A stretch of DNA of 63,349 nucleotides, the filler included. It is 9 parts of 9 records of this genome, joined end to end, with 100 filler letters (N's around TTAATTAATTAA, not from the genome) between each part and the next. Parts side by side here need not be neighbours in the genome. Positions count along the whole stretch, not along the records: positions 7,064 to 12,539 come from SRR31156797_33179; positions 12,640 to 18,082 come from SRR31156797_33205; positions 18,183 to 31,400 come from SRR31156797_33206; 6 more parts are not named here. One strand, given 5' to 3'. This document shows, piece by piece, positions 9,123-19,032 of the stretch. A model generated the notes under the pieces. It made no database searches and was not told the origin of the DNA. It saw nothing but the letters and a program-made list of their open reading frames with translations. A program made the position numbers and the translations under genes. Numbering within the stretch: position 1 is the stretch's first letter; every line of letters begins with the position of its first letter.

Positions 9123-9524
9123 GTGAGGAAGCTGCACCACATATGCATCCAGACCGACTGCTATAGGGAGTCTCTGGAGTTCTACTCCCAGATCCTGGGG
9201 TTCCGCATTGTTCAGGAAAGCCCGGATTTTCATTCGAGAGACTACAATAGCTGGCTGGAGTCGGACGGCCTTATGGTTGAGCTCCAGACGGGTAAGAGAG
9301 GGCAGGAGCTGACCAGTTCCGGATCCGGCAGCAAGGGCATCGTCCATCTGGCCTATTGGGTTGATGATATTCAGAAGGAATATATGAGGATCCGCGATCT
9401 GGGATACGGCCGTTTCAAAGCAAAGGACGGCGCAGACATCTATAGCGTGGAAGGCGGCAGGCTCTTCAAACTCCTGGCGCCTGAGGGTACGGTGATTGAG
9501 TTCCGTGATAAGCGAGGGATCTAG
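9123..9524 (+). CDS. VOC/glyoxalase family protein
   Basis: LHHICI..SLEFYSQILGF, IVHLAYWVDDI, APEGTVIEF. Confidence 0.88.
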   Translation: MRKLHHICIQTDCYRESLEFYSQILGFRIVQESPDFHSRDYNSWLESDGLMVELQTGKRGQELTSSGSGSKGIVHLAYWVDDIQKEYMRIRDLGYGRFKAKDGADIYSVEGGRLFKLLAPEGTVIEFRDKRGI

Positions 9525-10411
9525 TCGGCTGGGACAGGTCTTCTGACTGCTCTCCCCCTGTGCAGGTGGAATGTGGAGGCCAGGATCATCAGGACGCCCA
9601 GGACTTTGACCGGGGAGGGCTCCTCTCCTTCCAGGAAAACCGCCAGGATCAGGGCGATGATCGGCGTCAGGAGGGTGGTGTAGGCGGCCTTGGAAGGTCC
9701 TATCCTGTTGACCAGGGTGAGATAGACCGTGAAGGCTACCACCGAACCGGGAACGGCCAGGTAGGCCAGGGGAAAGAGGTAGGACCAGCTGAGGGGGATG
9801 GTAAAATCCGTTCCGCTCAGCACCATGGCCATCCCCAGGATCAGGGTTCCCGCCGACATCCCATAGCAGTTGCTGAGAACGGGACTGTTTCCCAGGCGGC
9901 CCTGTTTCAGGCTCACCATGTTGCCAAGAGAGAAAAGCCCTGTCCCTCCCAGAGCCAGGAGGAGCCCCTTCCAGGACGAACCGTTCAGACCGCTGAGGAT
10001 CTCCCGGGAAAGGATAAGGAGCAGGCCGAACAACCCGATGGCAAAGCTGTGCAGAAAACGCTTTGAGAATCTCTGGCCATAGAAAACCCGGCTTCCTATT
10101 CCGTTGAAGAAAGGGGCGAAGGAGAAGATCAGGGCTTCCATACCGCCGCTGATATAGCGGGCTCCGTTGTAGAAGCAGATGAAGTTAAAGGAGAAGAGGG
10201 TTAATCCCTGGAGCAGAGAGAGGAAAAAACCTCTGCGGCCGATCCATCTGAGTCTGCCGTTCAGGGCTGTCAGGAAGGTCAGAATCAGGGATGCCGTCAG
10301 GAATCGGTAGAACACCGAAGTCAGCGCCGGAGCGAGGTCCGCCTGGGAGGATATGGCCAGCCAGGTCGTCCCCCATATGGTAACGATAAGAGTGTAGAGC
10401 AGGATATTCAT
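9521..10411 (-). CDS. EamA/DMT family transporter
   Basis: IWGTTWLAI start, about 10 TM segments; GGGAGG RBS before ATG 10411. Confidence 0.9.
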   Translation of the reverse strand: MNILLYTLIVTIWGTTWLAISSQADLAPALTSVFYRFLTASLILTFLTALNGRLRWIGRRGFFLSLLQGLTLFSFNFICFYNGARYISGGMEALIFSFAPFFNGIGSRVFYGQRFSKRFLHSFAIGLFGLLLILSREILSGLNGSSWKGLLLALGGTGLFSLGNMVSLKQGRLGNSPVLSNCYGMSAGTLILGMAMVLSGTDFTIPLSWSYLFPLAYLAVPGSVVAFTVYLTLVNRIGPSKAAYTTLLTPIIALILAVFLEGEEPSPVKVLGVLMILASTFHLHRGRAVRRPVPAD

Positions 10412-10544
10412 AGTTTGCCTCCCCCCGCATCCTGACAGGTACTCCCGCATCTCATATTACACAAAGCTGCTCTTTTTATACAAAAATGCGCAATTCGAGT
10501 GCCCCTCTATTGTGTGCGGCATCGGGACGGGATATTTTAGGATA

Positions 10545-11420
10545 ATGAGAGTCGCCGTTAAAGAAACGCTTAGAAACAGCAGGGCCCGCATGGAGGGCTC
10601 CTACAGATCCGATCTGGGATTTGAACTGGTTCGATGGGAAAACGGCCTGGATGCCGTGGATTACGGCGGATCGGATCATCACACTCTCAGCCTCTACCGC
10701 TGGGGGTACGGAAACGCCCTGAGAAGCGACATAAACAAGAGAGGCGAAACAGACTCCTACTGCCTGATGCCGGCCGGAGCGCCCTCCCGCTGGGTATTGG
10801 ATGGAGAGATAAGCTTTCTTCATATCTACTTTGACGACAGACTGTTCCGCGGCACGGCGGAGAGGCTGTTCGACCGGAGCGCCGATCATATCAGCCTTCC
10901 CGAACTGACCTACGAAAGGGATGAGATCCTCCATCTTCTGTCCCGAAGGCTGCTCCACATACCCCTGGACGGAACGGTGGAACCCATGCTGATTGAGGAG
11001 GATCTCAGCGAACTGATGGGAACCTTCGTCTCCGGGCTTCTGGGCCGTTCCAGCGACGGTTTGTACCGGGGAGGCCTCTCCCAGCGGCATGAGTCGCTTG
11101 TGGATGATTATATCCGTTCCCGTCTGGGGGAGCGCATCCCTCTGAAGGAGCTTGCGGATTTAACGGGATTGAGCGATTTCCACTTTCAGCGTATGTTCAG
11201 GAAGAGCTTTCATATGCCGCCGCATCAGTATATTAACCGCCTGAGGATCAGCAAGGCTCTCAGCCGCATCGACAATACCGCGCTGTCCGAGCTGGCGCTT
11301 CTCAGCGGGTTTTCAAGCCAGCAGCACTTCAGCCGGGTTTTCAAAGGCTTTATGGGCATTTCCCCCGGAAACTACAAACGGCTCAGGAAGGAAAAAAAGC
11401 GGCCCCGCCGGTGGGCCTGA
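10545..11420 (+). CDS. AraC family transcriptional regulator, divergent from eamA (start uncertain)
   Basis: C-terminal double HTH: LKELADLTGLSDFHFQRMF...GFSSQQHFSRVFK. Confidence 0.9.
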   Translation: MRVAVKETLRNSRARMEGSYRSDLGFELVRWENGLDAVDYGGSDHHTLSLYRWGYGNALRSDINKRGETDSYCLMPAGAPSRWVLDGEISFLHIYFDDRLFRGTAERLFDRSADHISLPELTYERDEILHLLSRRLLHIPLDGTVEPMLIEEDLSELMGTFVSGLLGRSSDGLYRGGLSQRHESLVDDYIRSRLGERIPLKELADLTGLSDFHFQRMFRKSFHMPPHQYINRLRISKALSRIDNTALSELALLSGFSSQQHFSRVFKGFMGISPGNYKRLRKEKKRPRRWA

Positions 11421-11432
11421 TCCAGGTTCCTT

Positions 11433-11903
11433 CTATTTCATCCGGAAGTTACGTTCGGCGTCCCGCTTGAGGTCCTTCTCCTTGATGGTGGCTCTCTTGT
11501 CATAGAGCTTCTTACCGCGGCAGACGCCCAGATCGATCTTGACGCGGCCGTTCTTCAGGTAGAACTTCAGGGGGATCAGGGTGCAGCCCTTCTCCTGGAC
11601 CTTGCGTTCCAGCTTCTTGATCTCCTGCCGGTGGGCCAGGAGCTTGCGGACCCTGTCGGGAGCGTGGTTATGGATATTGCCGAAATCGTAGGGCGTCACC
11701 GAGAGGTTCCGGATAAACAGCTCGTGGTTCCTGACCTCCACAAAGGCGTCGGGAAAGGAGAACTTGCCCGCCTTGATGGATTTGACTTCCGTCCCTTTCA
11801 GGGCTATACCGCATTCCAGATTCTCAAGGATCTCGTAGTTGAATCTGGCCTTTCTATTCTCGCCCAGTACGTTGGAGGGCGTTTTCTTTTTCTTCTTTGA
11901 CAT
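11433..11903 (-). CDS. smpB: SsrA-binding protein SmpB
   Basis: NRKARFNY, GIALKGTEVKS, RKLLAH, GKKLYDKR motifs. Confidence 0.98.
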   Translation of the reverse strand: MSKKKKKTPSNVLGENRKARFNYEILENLECGIALKGTEVKSIKAGKFSFPDAFVEVRNHELFIRNLSVTPYDFGNIHNHAPDRVRKLLAHRQEIKKLERKVQEKGCTLIPLKFYLKNGRVKIDLGVCRGKKLYDKRATIKEKDLKRDAERNFRMK

Positions 11904-11907
11904 CTTC

Positions 11908-12539
11908 TTACCTCTGGATCAACAGGACCGGACGGAATCCGATATAGGGAGTGCACCAGGACGCGGGCTGGGAAGCCCTTGTTTCCGGGGCGATCTCCCC
12001 GGGCGCGTTGGCCCAGCTTCCTCCTCTGACGGCGAAGGTGGGCATTTCCCGGTCGTACTGTCTGAGCTGGGAAAGGCTATTATAGAGAAACCGGTCGTTC
12101 GTGCCAAACCCGTTCCGGCACCATTCCCACAGATTCCCCTCCATATCGTAGATATTGAGGGCGCCGCCCCTTACGGAACCGGCTTCCAGGGGGCCCAGAT
12201 TCTTCTGGGAAGGGCGCTGCCCGCTGTCCCGTCCGTTCGCCCGGGCGATCTCCTGCCACTCCCATTCGTCCGGCAGCCTTACGGTCATCCCGTCCCCGGG
12301 GAAATAACGCTCGTCCAGCCAGGCGCAGAAGGCCTCTGCCGCGGGAAGGGAGACGTAGTTCAGGGGTTCCAGGGAGTTTTCGTAGGCCTTGCCCGTATCC
12401 CAGTCCGCAAGATAGTTCTCATCGACAAGGTCCCGGCTTATAAGGTCCCTCTTCGCTGCGGGAGCCCAGGCGGGATTCTCCATAAGGAAAAGGGCGTAGA
12501 GCCCCTTTGTGATCTCCCTGTCGGCGGCATAGATAAGAT
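11908..12539 (-). CDS. FGE-sulfatase (SUMF1/EgtB/PvdO) domain protein, 5' truncated
   Basis: RLPDEWEW, IYDMEGNLWEWC, VRGGSW, IGFR; frame stays open to the contig edge. Confidence 0.85.
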
Positions 12540-12639
12540 NNNNNNNNNNNNNNNNNNNNNNNNNNNNNNNNNNNNNNNNNNNNTTAATTAATTAANNNNN
12601 NNNNNNNNNNNNNNNNNNNNNNNNNNNNNNNNNNNNNNN

Positions 12640-13385
12640 AACTGGAATATGCCTGTCACGGACCAAATCCAAAGGACGCCCTGACGCTTGTTTTTTTACA
12701 TGAAGGGCTGGGCTGTGTGGATTTATGGAGAGGCTTTCCGGCCAAGGTCGCTGAAGAGACAGGCTGCGGCGTCCTGGTATATAGCCGGCTCGGATACGGC
12801 CGATCCGATCCCTGCCCTCTGCCCCGTCCGGTAGGTTTCATGCATGAGGAAGGCTTAATAATTTTGCCGCGGGTAATCGAAGCCGCCGGCGTCAGGGAAT
12901 TTGTCATTATAGGCCATTCAGACGGAGGATCCATAGGCATCATTTACGCCGGCGGAGTTTCGCATCCAATGCTGCGAGGAATAGCAACCGAGGCGGCTCA
13001 TGTTTTTTGCGAAGAAATAACACTAAGCTCCATCGAACAGGCGCGTGAGTCATATATAAATGGCGATTTGAAAACAAAGCTTGCCAAATTTCACGGATCC
13101 AACACGGATTGCGCGTTTTTTGGCTGGAACGGGGTCTGGCTCAATCCTGAATTTGTTAAATGGAATATAGAAGAATACCTCCCGGGTATCAAGGTCCCCT
13201 TGATGGCCATACAGGGAGAAAAAGATCAATATGGAACGATAGCGCAAATTGAAGCCATACAAAGACAGGCCGGAAGAGGAGCTAGGGTCGAGATTATTGC
13301 TGAGTGCGGCCATAGCCCTCACCTGGAAAAAGAGAAAACCGTCTTGAACCTTATTAAAAATTTTGTGGCCGATGTTATGAAATAA
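12640..13385 (+). CDS. Alpha/beta hydrolase, 5' truncated
   Basis: Frame open from the contig edge (VFLHEGLG); GHSDGGS nucleophile, GHSPH. Confidence 0.88.
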
Positions 13386-13442
13386 AATAGGCAGGAATGG
13401 TTCATCGAGATGAAATTGAAATTGGGGGCGGGTTCGTTCCTG

Positions 13443-14111
13443 TTAATCGCCCCAGAGATCGGGATCTATGATACCCATGCGTATAGCTTCCTTGACCAGG
13501 CCCATCCTGTTCTTGATGCCGAGCTTTTTCATAAGATTGGTGCGGTGTTTTTCAACTGTTTTAGGGCTTACAGAGAGCAATTCCGCGATTTTATTGGTGG
13601 AATTTCCTTCGGCGACAAGGCTGAAGACCTGCTGCTCGCGTTCGGATAATAGGTCGTAGCCTTTAACAGGGGGTTTTTCCCTGCGGCTATGGAGATAGGC
13701 GGAAACAACTTCGGCGCGGATTTTTGAGCTGAGGTAGTATTCGCCCCTGTGGGCGGCCCGCACGGCCTCGATCACGTCCATAACGGGCGAGGCCTTGAGT
13801 ACGTACCCGAGGGCGCCCGAATCCAGCATACGGTGGATCATGGATTCCTTGCTGTGCATGGTCAGAACCACGACAGCGCATTCGGGAACGACCTCGCGAA
13901 TGAGAGAGATCACTTCAAGGCCGCTGACTCCGGGCATGCCGATGTCGAGCACGATCACATCCGGCCGGATCATTCGCACCATTTCCAGCGCTTCCATGCC
14001 GTCCACGGCCTCGCCGACAACTTCCATGTCCGGTTCATTGGATAGAATCTGCCTTATTCCCTCCCGAACCACCGAGTGATCGTCAGCAATGATCACCTTG
14101 ATTTTTTCCAT
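13443..14111 (-). CDS. NarL/LuxR family response regulator (CrbR-like context)
   Basis: IADDH REC domain; LSEREQQV...SPKTVEKHRTNLMKKL HTH. Confidence 0.93.
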   Translation of the reverse strand: MEKIKVIIADDHSVVREGIRQILSNEPDMEVVGEAVDGMEALEMVRMIRPDVIVLDIGMPGVSGLEVISLIREVVPECAVVVLTMHSKESMIHRMLDSGALGYVLKASPVMDVIEAVRAAHRGEYYLSSKIRAEVVSAYLHSRREKPPVKGYDLLSEREQQVFSLVAEGNSTNKIAELLSVSPKTVEKHRTNLMKKLGIKNRMGLVKEAIRMGIIDPDLWGD

Positions 14112-14148
14112 ATCTCCCGCCCTTCCCAGGCCGAATTATAGATCCGGG

Positions 14149-17100
14149 CTACCTGGAACTAACGTTTTTCAGATCAGCCAGGCTTACCCCTTCCAGTGAG
14201 ACAACCGGGAGCGTGGCCTTTATGACTGTTCCCTTGCCCGGGGTGCTGCGCACGTCAATTGATCCGCCGGCCGAAGCCGCGCGCTCCCTCATGGATATCA
14301 GGCCTATTCCTCCTTTACCGTCAGGATGCGGAAAGGGGGGGCCTTCCATTTCAAATCCCTGACCATTATCACTGATTATCATAATTACCCGCGGATGGTT
14401 ATATGTCAAACGGACATCGACCTCATCGGCTTGTGCGTGTTTTACCACGTTATTAAGAGCTTCCTGAAGGATTCTGTATAATACAATTTCAATCTGGCCG
14501 GGCAATTTGCGTTCGTGGAATCCGGCCGCCTCGAAATTGATCGAGATTTTAGGGGCTCTTTCCTTGAAATCGTTGATGTACCATTCCACGGTGGGAACAA
14601 GCCCGAGGTGGTCCAGCATATCCGGCCGCAGCTCCGTAGTTATGCTTCGCAGGGAATCAGCCAAGTGTTCTATAAGGTTTATGAGTTTATGGCCTTTCAG
14701 AGTAATTTCTTCCTGGTCGGGCTTTAGGGAGTTTATAAGGGATTCCATGCCCAGGTGGAGGCCGGTCATGGCCTGACCGAATTCGTCGTGCAGATCGGCG
14801 GCCAGACGCCTGCGTTCCTCCTCAATACCGTCGATAAGACGTTGGCTGAGGTGATGTATCTGCTCCTCGGCCAAACGTCTCTGGGTTACATCCCTGAGAT
14901 AAGCCAGGATCAGGGTTTCGCCGAGGTAAAACATGGTGGTTGCGCTTACGGCCACGTACATGGGCTCTCCACCGTTTTTACGCCCCATGAAATCGTACCG
15001 CCGAGGCGTGGGAATGCCTTTTTGCCGGTTCCGGCTGATACCCAAAACGCGCGGTTGGTCATCCGGATGAACAATAGTGGCCAGGGGCTTGCCGAGCAAA
15101 TCTCTTTTGCTTTTATAACCGAATATTTCGGCTACCCGGGTGTTTCCCCAGACAATGGTCAGATCGCGGACCACGATTACGCCGTCATTGGAGCTTTCGA
15201 TGGCCAGGCGGTAGCGCTCCTCTGACTCGCGAAGGCTGTGTTCGGCCTTGTGGCGCATGTTGATTTCATTTTCCAGTTCAGCGACTTTTTCCTCAAGTTC
15301 GGCCGCATGTTTTTCGAACAGGGTTTCCCGTTCTTTGTAGAAGTCCATTTTCCGTTTGAGTTCCGCAGGTTGAGCCGTGAGGTCCGCCAGTATTTCGGCG
15401 TACATTTCCCGCAGCTCTTCGTGTTCGATATGAGTAAAGAATTCGGCCCTGGCCAGAGCCCGGTTAGCTGTGGCCGAACCGATGGAGCCGGCCAATGTTT
15501 TTTCAAGGTAGTCGTATAATTCGGCCAGTTCCGTGATGGAGGCAGTATCCCGGCCTTTCAAACCCGCGGCTTCAAAGGCCTGTTCGGTCATTGCTTCGGC
15601 CTGGTCGGATGTAAAATATCTAGAAAAAAGAACCATGGCCTTGCGCCTTTTATCTTCAAGCGGCACAAGGGTGTGATTCCTGGCCGAAACCGGAAAAAGC
15701 GAAGCTGCATTACTGCCTACAAATGATTCGGCCAGGCTTTGGCTTTGCTGGCCCGCTTTAGTGAGCAGACTTCCGAGGATGAAGAAGCTGACGTTAAGGG
15801 TCAGGCTCCAGAAGATCGAATGAGCCACCGGATCCAGTCCGTCCAATCCGAACATACCCTGGGGACGCAGCAATTCGATTCCCCACGGCCCTTGGGCCAG
15901 AAATTCGGACGACACCCAATTGCCATTTGCAAAGACGGGCATGAGCAACGTATAGGCCCAAATAAAGAATCCGACCAGCAGCCCCCAGAGAACGCCTTTT
16001 TCGTTCCCTCCCCGCCAGAACAAACCTCCGAACAAGGCCGGGGCCAGTTGAAGAATGGCGACAAAGGAAAGCATACCGATCGAGGCCAGGGGTAGAGAAC
16101 CGACAACGAAACGTTCAAACAGGTACCCCAGGGATATAAAGCCCCCGACCGCCAGCCAACGGGCCTGCAACAGACGGCGTTCTATAAAGATCATTTGGGG
16201 AATCCAGTCAACCAGTGGAAGCAGCAAATGATTGCTTATCATGTTGGCCATGGTCATGGAGCAAATGAGGATCATGCTGGTGGCAGCGGAAAATCCTCCT
16301 ATAAAAACAAGAAGGGCCATGATGTGATTGTCTGTTGACAAAGGGAACCTGAGCACGAATGTATCGGCATGGAACAGGGGAAAACCCTTGAGCAACCCGC
16401 CCATGGCCACCGGGTAAATGAAAATGTTCAGGAGAAACAGGTACAGGGGAAAAAGGAACATGGCCCACCGGATATGGTTTTCAGCCCGGTTTTCCACAAC
16501 CGAGATGTGAAATTGCCTGGGCAGGCACAAGATTGCATTGGCCGAGACGATAATATAACAGACAAAGGTCATAAGGGAGACCGAAGCCCCGGCAGGTCCG
16601 GGCGAAATGATCGAGGATTGCATTTTTTCAAGACGTTGAAAAATGTCTCCAATGCCGTCAAAGACGAAATAGACGACAAATATTCCCGCCGCGGCCAAAG
16701 CGACCAGCTTGACAATTGATTCCACGGCCACGACCATAACCATACCGCCGTGTCTTTCCGTGGGTTCCAGGCTGCGGACGCCGAAAATGATGGTGAACAG
16801 GATCATCAGCCCGACCACGATGGCGGAGACATGGTCGCCCACCCAGCTATGTCCTCCTCCTTCGTGAGCCGTGACTACGGCAAAGCTGGTAAGCACGGCT
16901 TTAAGCTGCAGAGCCACGTATGGAATAGTCCCCAAAAGGGAGATGATGGTCACCAGAGCGGCCAGACTTTCGGATTTACCGTAACGGGTGCTGATGAAAT
17001 CCGCGATAGATGTGATCCGATGGATATTTTTCAGCCTGACCAGTTTTCGCCATATCCCGCCTCCGAAAATAAGCATGAGCGTCGGACCGATGTAGATGGC

Positions 17101-17310
17101 CAGAAAAAGCATGCCCCGATTGGCGGCCAGGCCCACGCTGCCGAAAAAAGTCCAGGATGAACAATATACGGCCAGGGACAGGGAGTAAATTAAAGGATTA
17201 TTTACCGGGCTTGGCCCGGTTTCTCCGCGTCGCTGAGCCCAGAGCGCAAGCACAAACAATGCACCCATGTAGAGACAGAATATGGCGATGACAAAAGTGC
17301 TTGACAGCAT
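14149..17310 (-). CDS. Sodium:solute symporter (SLC5)-STAC-PAS-HisKA_3 sensor kinase, CrbS/CbrA-like
   Basis: YSLSLAVYCSSWTFFGSVG and LPRQFHI SLC5 motifs; EKTLAGSIGSATA STAC-like; PAS; ERRRLAADLHD H-box. Confidence 0.9.
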   Translation of the reverse strand: MLSSTFVIAIFCLYMGALFVLALWAQRRGETGPSPVNNPLIYSLSLAVYCSSWTFFGSVGLAANRGMLFLAIYIGPTLMLIFGGGIWRKLVRLKNIHRITSIADFISTRYGKSESLAALVTIISLLGTIPYVALQLKAVLTSFAVVTAHEGGGHSWVGDHVSAIVVGLMILFTIIFGVRSLEPTERHGGMVMVVAVESIVKLVALAAAGIFVVYFVFDGIGDIFQRLEKMQSSIISPGPAGASVSLMTFVCYIIVSANAILCLPRQFHISVVENRAENHIRWAMFLFPLYLFLLNIFIYPVAMGGLLKGFPLFHADTFVLRFPLSTDNHIMALLVFIGGFSAATSMILICSMTMANMISNHLLLPLVDWIPQMIFIERRLLQARWLAVGGFISLGYLFERFVVGSLPLASIGMLSFVAILQLAPALFGGLFWRGGNEKGVLWGLLVGFFIWAYTLLMPVFANGNWVSSEFLAQGPWGIELLRPQGMFGLDGLDPVAHSIFWSLTLNVSFFILGSLLTKAGQQSQSLAESFVGSNAASLFPVSARNHTLVPLEDKRRKAMVLFSRYFTSDQAEAMTEQAFEAAGLKGRDTASITELAELYDYLEKTLAGSIGSATANRALARAEFFTHIEHEELREMYAEILADLTAQPAELKRKMDFYKERETLFEKHAAELEEKVAELENEINMRHKAEHSLRESEERYRLAIESSNDGVIVVRDLTIVWGNTRVAEIFGYKSKRDLLGKPLATIVHPDDQPRVLGISRNRQKGIPTPRRYDFMGRKNGGEPMYVAVSATTMFYLGETLILAYLRDVTQRRLAEEQIHHLSQRLIDGIEEERRRLAADLHDEFGQAMTGLHLGMESLINSLKPDQEEITLKGHKLINLIEHLADSLRSITTELRPDMLDHLGLVPTVEWYINDFKERAPKISINFEAAGFHERKLPGQIEIVLYRILQEALNNVVKHAQADEVDVRLTYNHPRVIMIISDNGQGFEMEGPPFPHPDGKGGIGLISMRERAASAGGSIDVRSTPGKGTVIKATLPVVSLEGVSLADLKNVSSR

Positions 17311-17316
17311 GTCGGA

Positions 17317-17586
17317 TTAATCCCAACTTGAGCCGCCCTGTCGAAACGGCGGCAGGGAAGCGGCTATAACGGCGACTACGACCACGTTGAAAAACCATAC
17401 AATGAAAAGGAATACATACCTGTCGAAGCCGGTCCAGTGGATGGATGTCGGCAGGAAGGGCCAGCTATAGAGAAGCATAAAAAGGAGGAATAAAAAAATC
17501 CACAGGGCCGGGCGGCGAAAAAAGGCTTTAAGCCGTTCTCGGCCATGTTCCGGTAATTCGGGAGTATATTCCTGGGGCGATTCCAA
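17317..17586 (-). CDS. Small two-TM membrane protein directly upstream of the SLC5 kinase
   Basis: Two hydrophobic segments; stop codon 6 nt before the kinase start. Confidence 0.6.
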   Translation of the reverse strand: MESPQEYTPELPEHGRERLKAFFRRPALWIFLFLLFMLLYSWPFLPTSIHWTGFDRYVFLFIVWFFNVVVVAVIAASLPPFRQGGSSWD

Positions 17587-17801
17587 TTTCGCACCTTTTC
17601 GGTTGAAGAAATCGACCTTTCTTGCATAGCCATTAATTAGTATTTTTTGATAAACATCTTTAATTACATAATTTATCAGAATTTCTTGTTATTCGTCGAG
17701 AAAAAAATGCGAGTTGGATGATATACGTGAGGGCCGGCCCCTTACGGCCCTCTGCATGATTTTAGAACTGCTATGGTTTCAACTCCGGAAAAAGCCGGAC
17801 A

Positions 17802-18082
17802 TCAGGCTTTTTTCGGGTATCCGATCACCGCGAGCGAGTCCCTGATTTCATCAAGAGAAGTCGGATCGTCAATTGTCGAAGGGATCTTATACTCTCCCCC
17901 GTCGGCAATCTTGCGCATTGTTCCCCGGAGAATCTTTCCGGACCTGGTCTTGGGCAGCCGCGGCACTACGACTGAATCCTTGAAAGAAGCTACCGGCCCG
18001 ATCTGGTCGCGGACCATTTGAACCAGTTCGCTGGTTATTTCGTCGGAATCGCGTTGAACGCCGGCCTTGAGCACGACCAGGC
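17802..18082 (-). CDS. Propionyl-/acetyl-CoA synthetase C-terminus (PrpE-like), 5' truncated
   Basis: LPKTRSGKILRGTMRKIADG...PSTIDDP adenylation-domain A10 motif. Confidence 0.85.
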
Positions 18083-18182
18083 NNNNNNNNNNNNNNNNNN
18101 NNNNNNNNNNNNNNNNNNNNNNNNNNTTAATTAATTAANNNNNNNNNNNNNNNNNNNNNNNNNNNNNNNNNNNNNNNNNNNN

Positions 18183-18831
18183 GATGAAAGCTCCTGCCGG
18201 TCAAATGTCTATTGTAACTCTTCCCGATGGTACAACGGTATATTTAAATTCTGATAGTAAACTTTCCTACTCCAGTAATTTCGCATCTGGCAACCGAGTT
18301 GTAAAACTCGATGGAGAAGGTTATTTTGATGTAAAAACCGATAAAGAACACCCCTTTATTGTAAATACCGGGGGAGCAATAAATTTAAAAGTATACGGTA
18401 CCTCATTTAATGTTCGGGCATATCCGGTTGATGAAGAAATAAATGCCACGTTAGTTGAAGGGAGCATTGGAATAACCGACAACCAAGGCAATGAACTTAC
18501 AAAATTACTTCCGGGAGAGAATGCCAGGTACTCCAACCACACCCGCGAAATTATTGTATCAAACGTGGATACTGAATTTTACACTTCATGGAAAGACGGG
18601 ATGGTTACCTTTAGAAATGAACCTCTCGAGTTAATTGCCTTAAAAATAGAACGTTGGTATAACGTTGAGATTATAATTAAAAATGAAAAACTGGGTAAAG
18701 AGTTGTACAACGGTACAATAATGAAAAATAAACCAATCGATCAAATCCTGGAAGTATTCAGATTAACCAGCTCTTTACAATACGAGATTATATCAAGAAC
18801 AGATCAACCCACATTAATTTACTGGAAATAA
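18183..18831 (+). CDS. FecR-family anti-sigma factor, 5' truncated
   Basis: LPDGTTVYLNSDS, GEGYFDV, VYGTSFNV, SWKDG motifs; upstream of susC. Confidence 0.92.
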
Positions 18832-19032
18832 ACAACAATCAATAAAACATTAAAAATAACTTACTAAAACCAAAACTTATGAATCAAAAAGCTTTCTTCT
18901 GAGAAAAAGGCCAAAAATACTGACAATATTTTCGGCCTTCACAAAGGATGGCTCTCTACCATCCATCATTCAAATAAACAATCACCTGCTGACAACAGGT
19001 AATCAATTCATTAATTTAAACAGTTCAAATTT

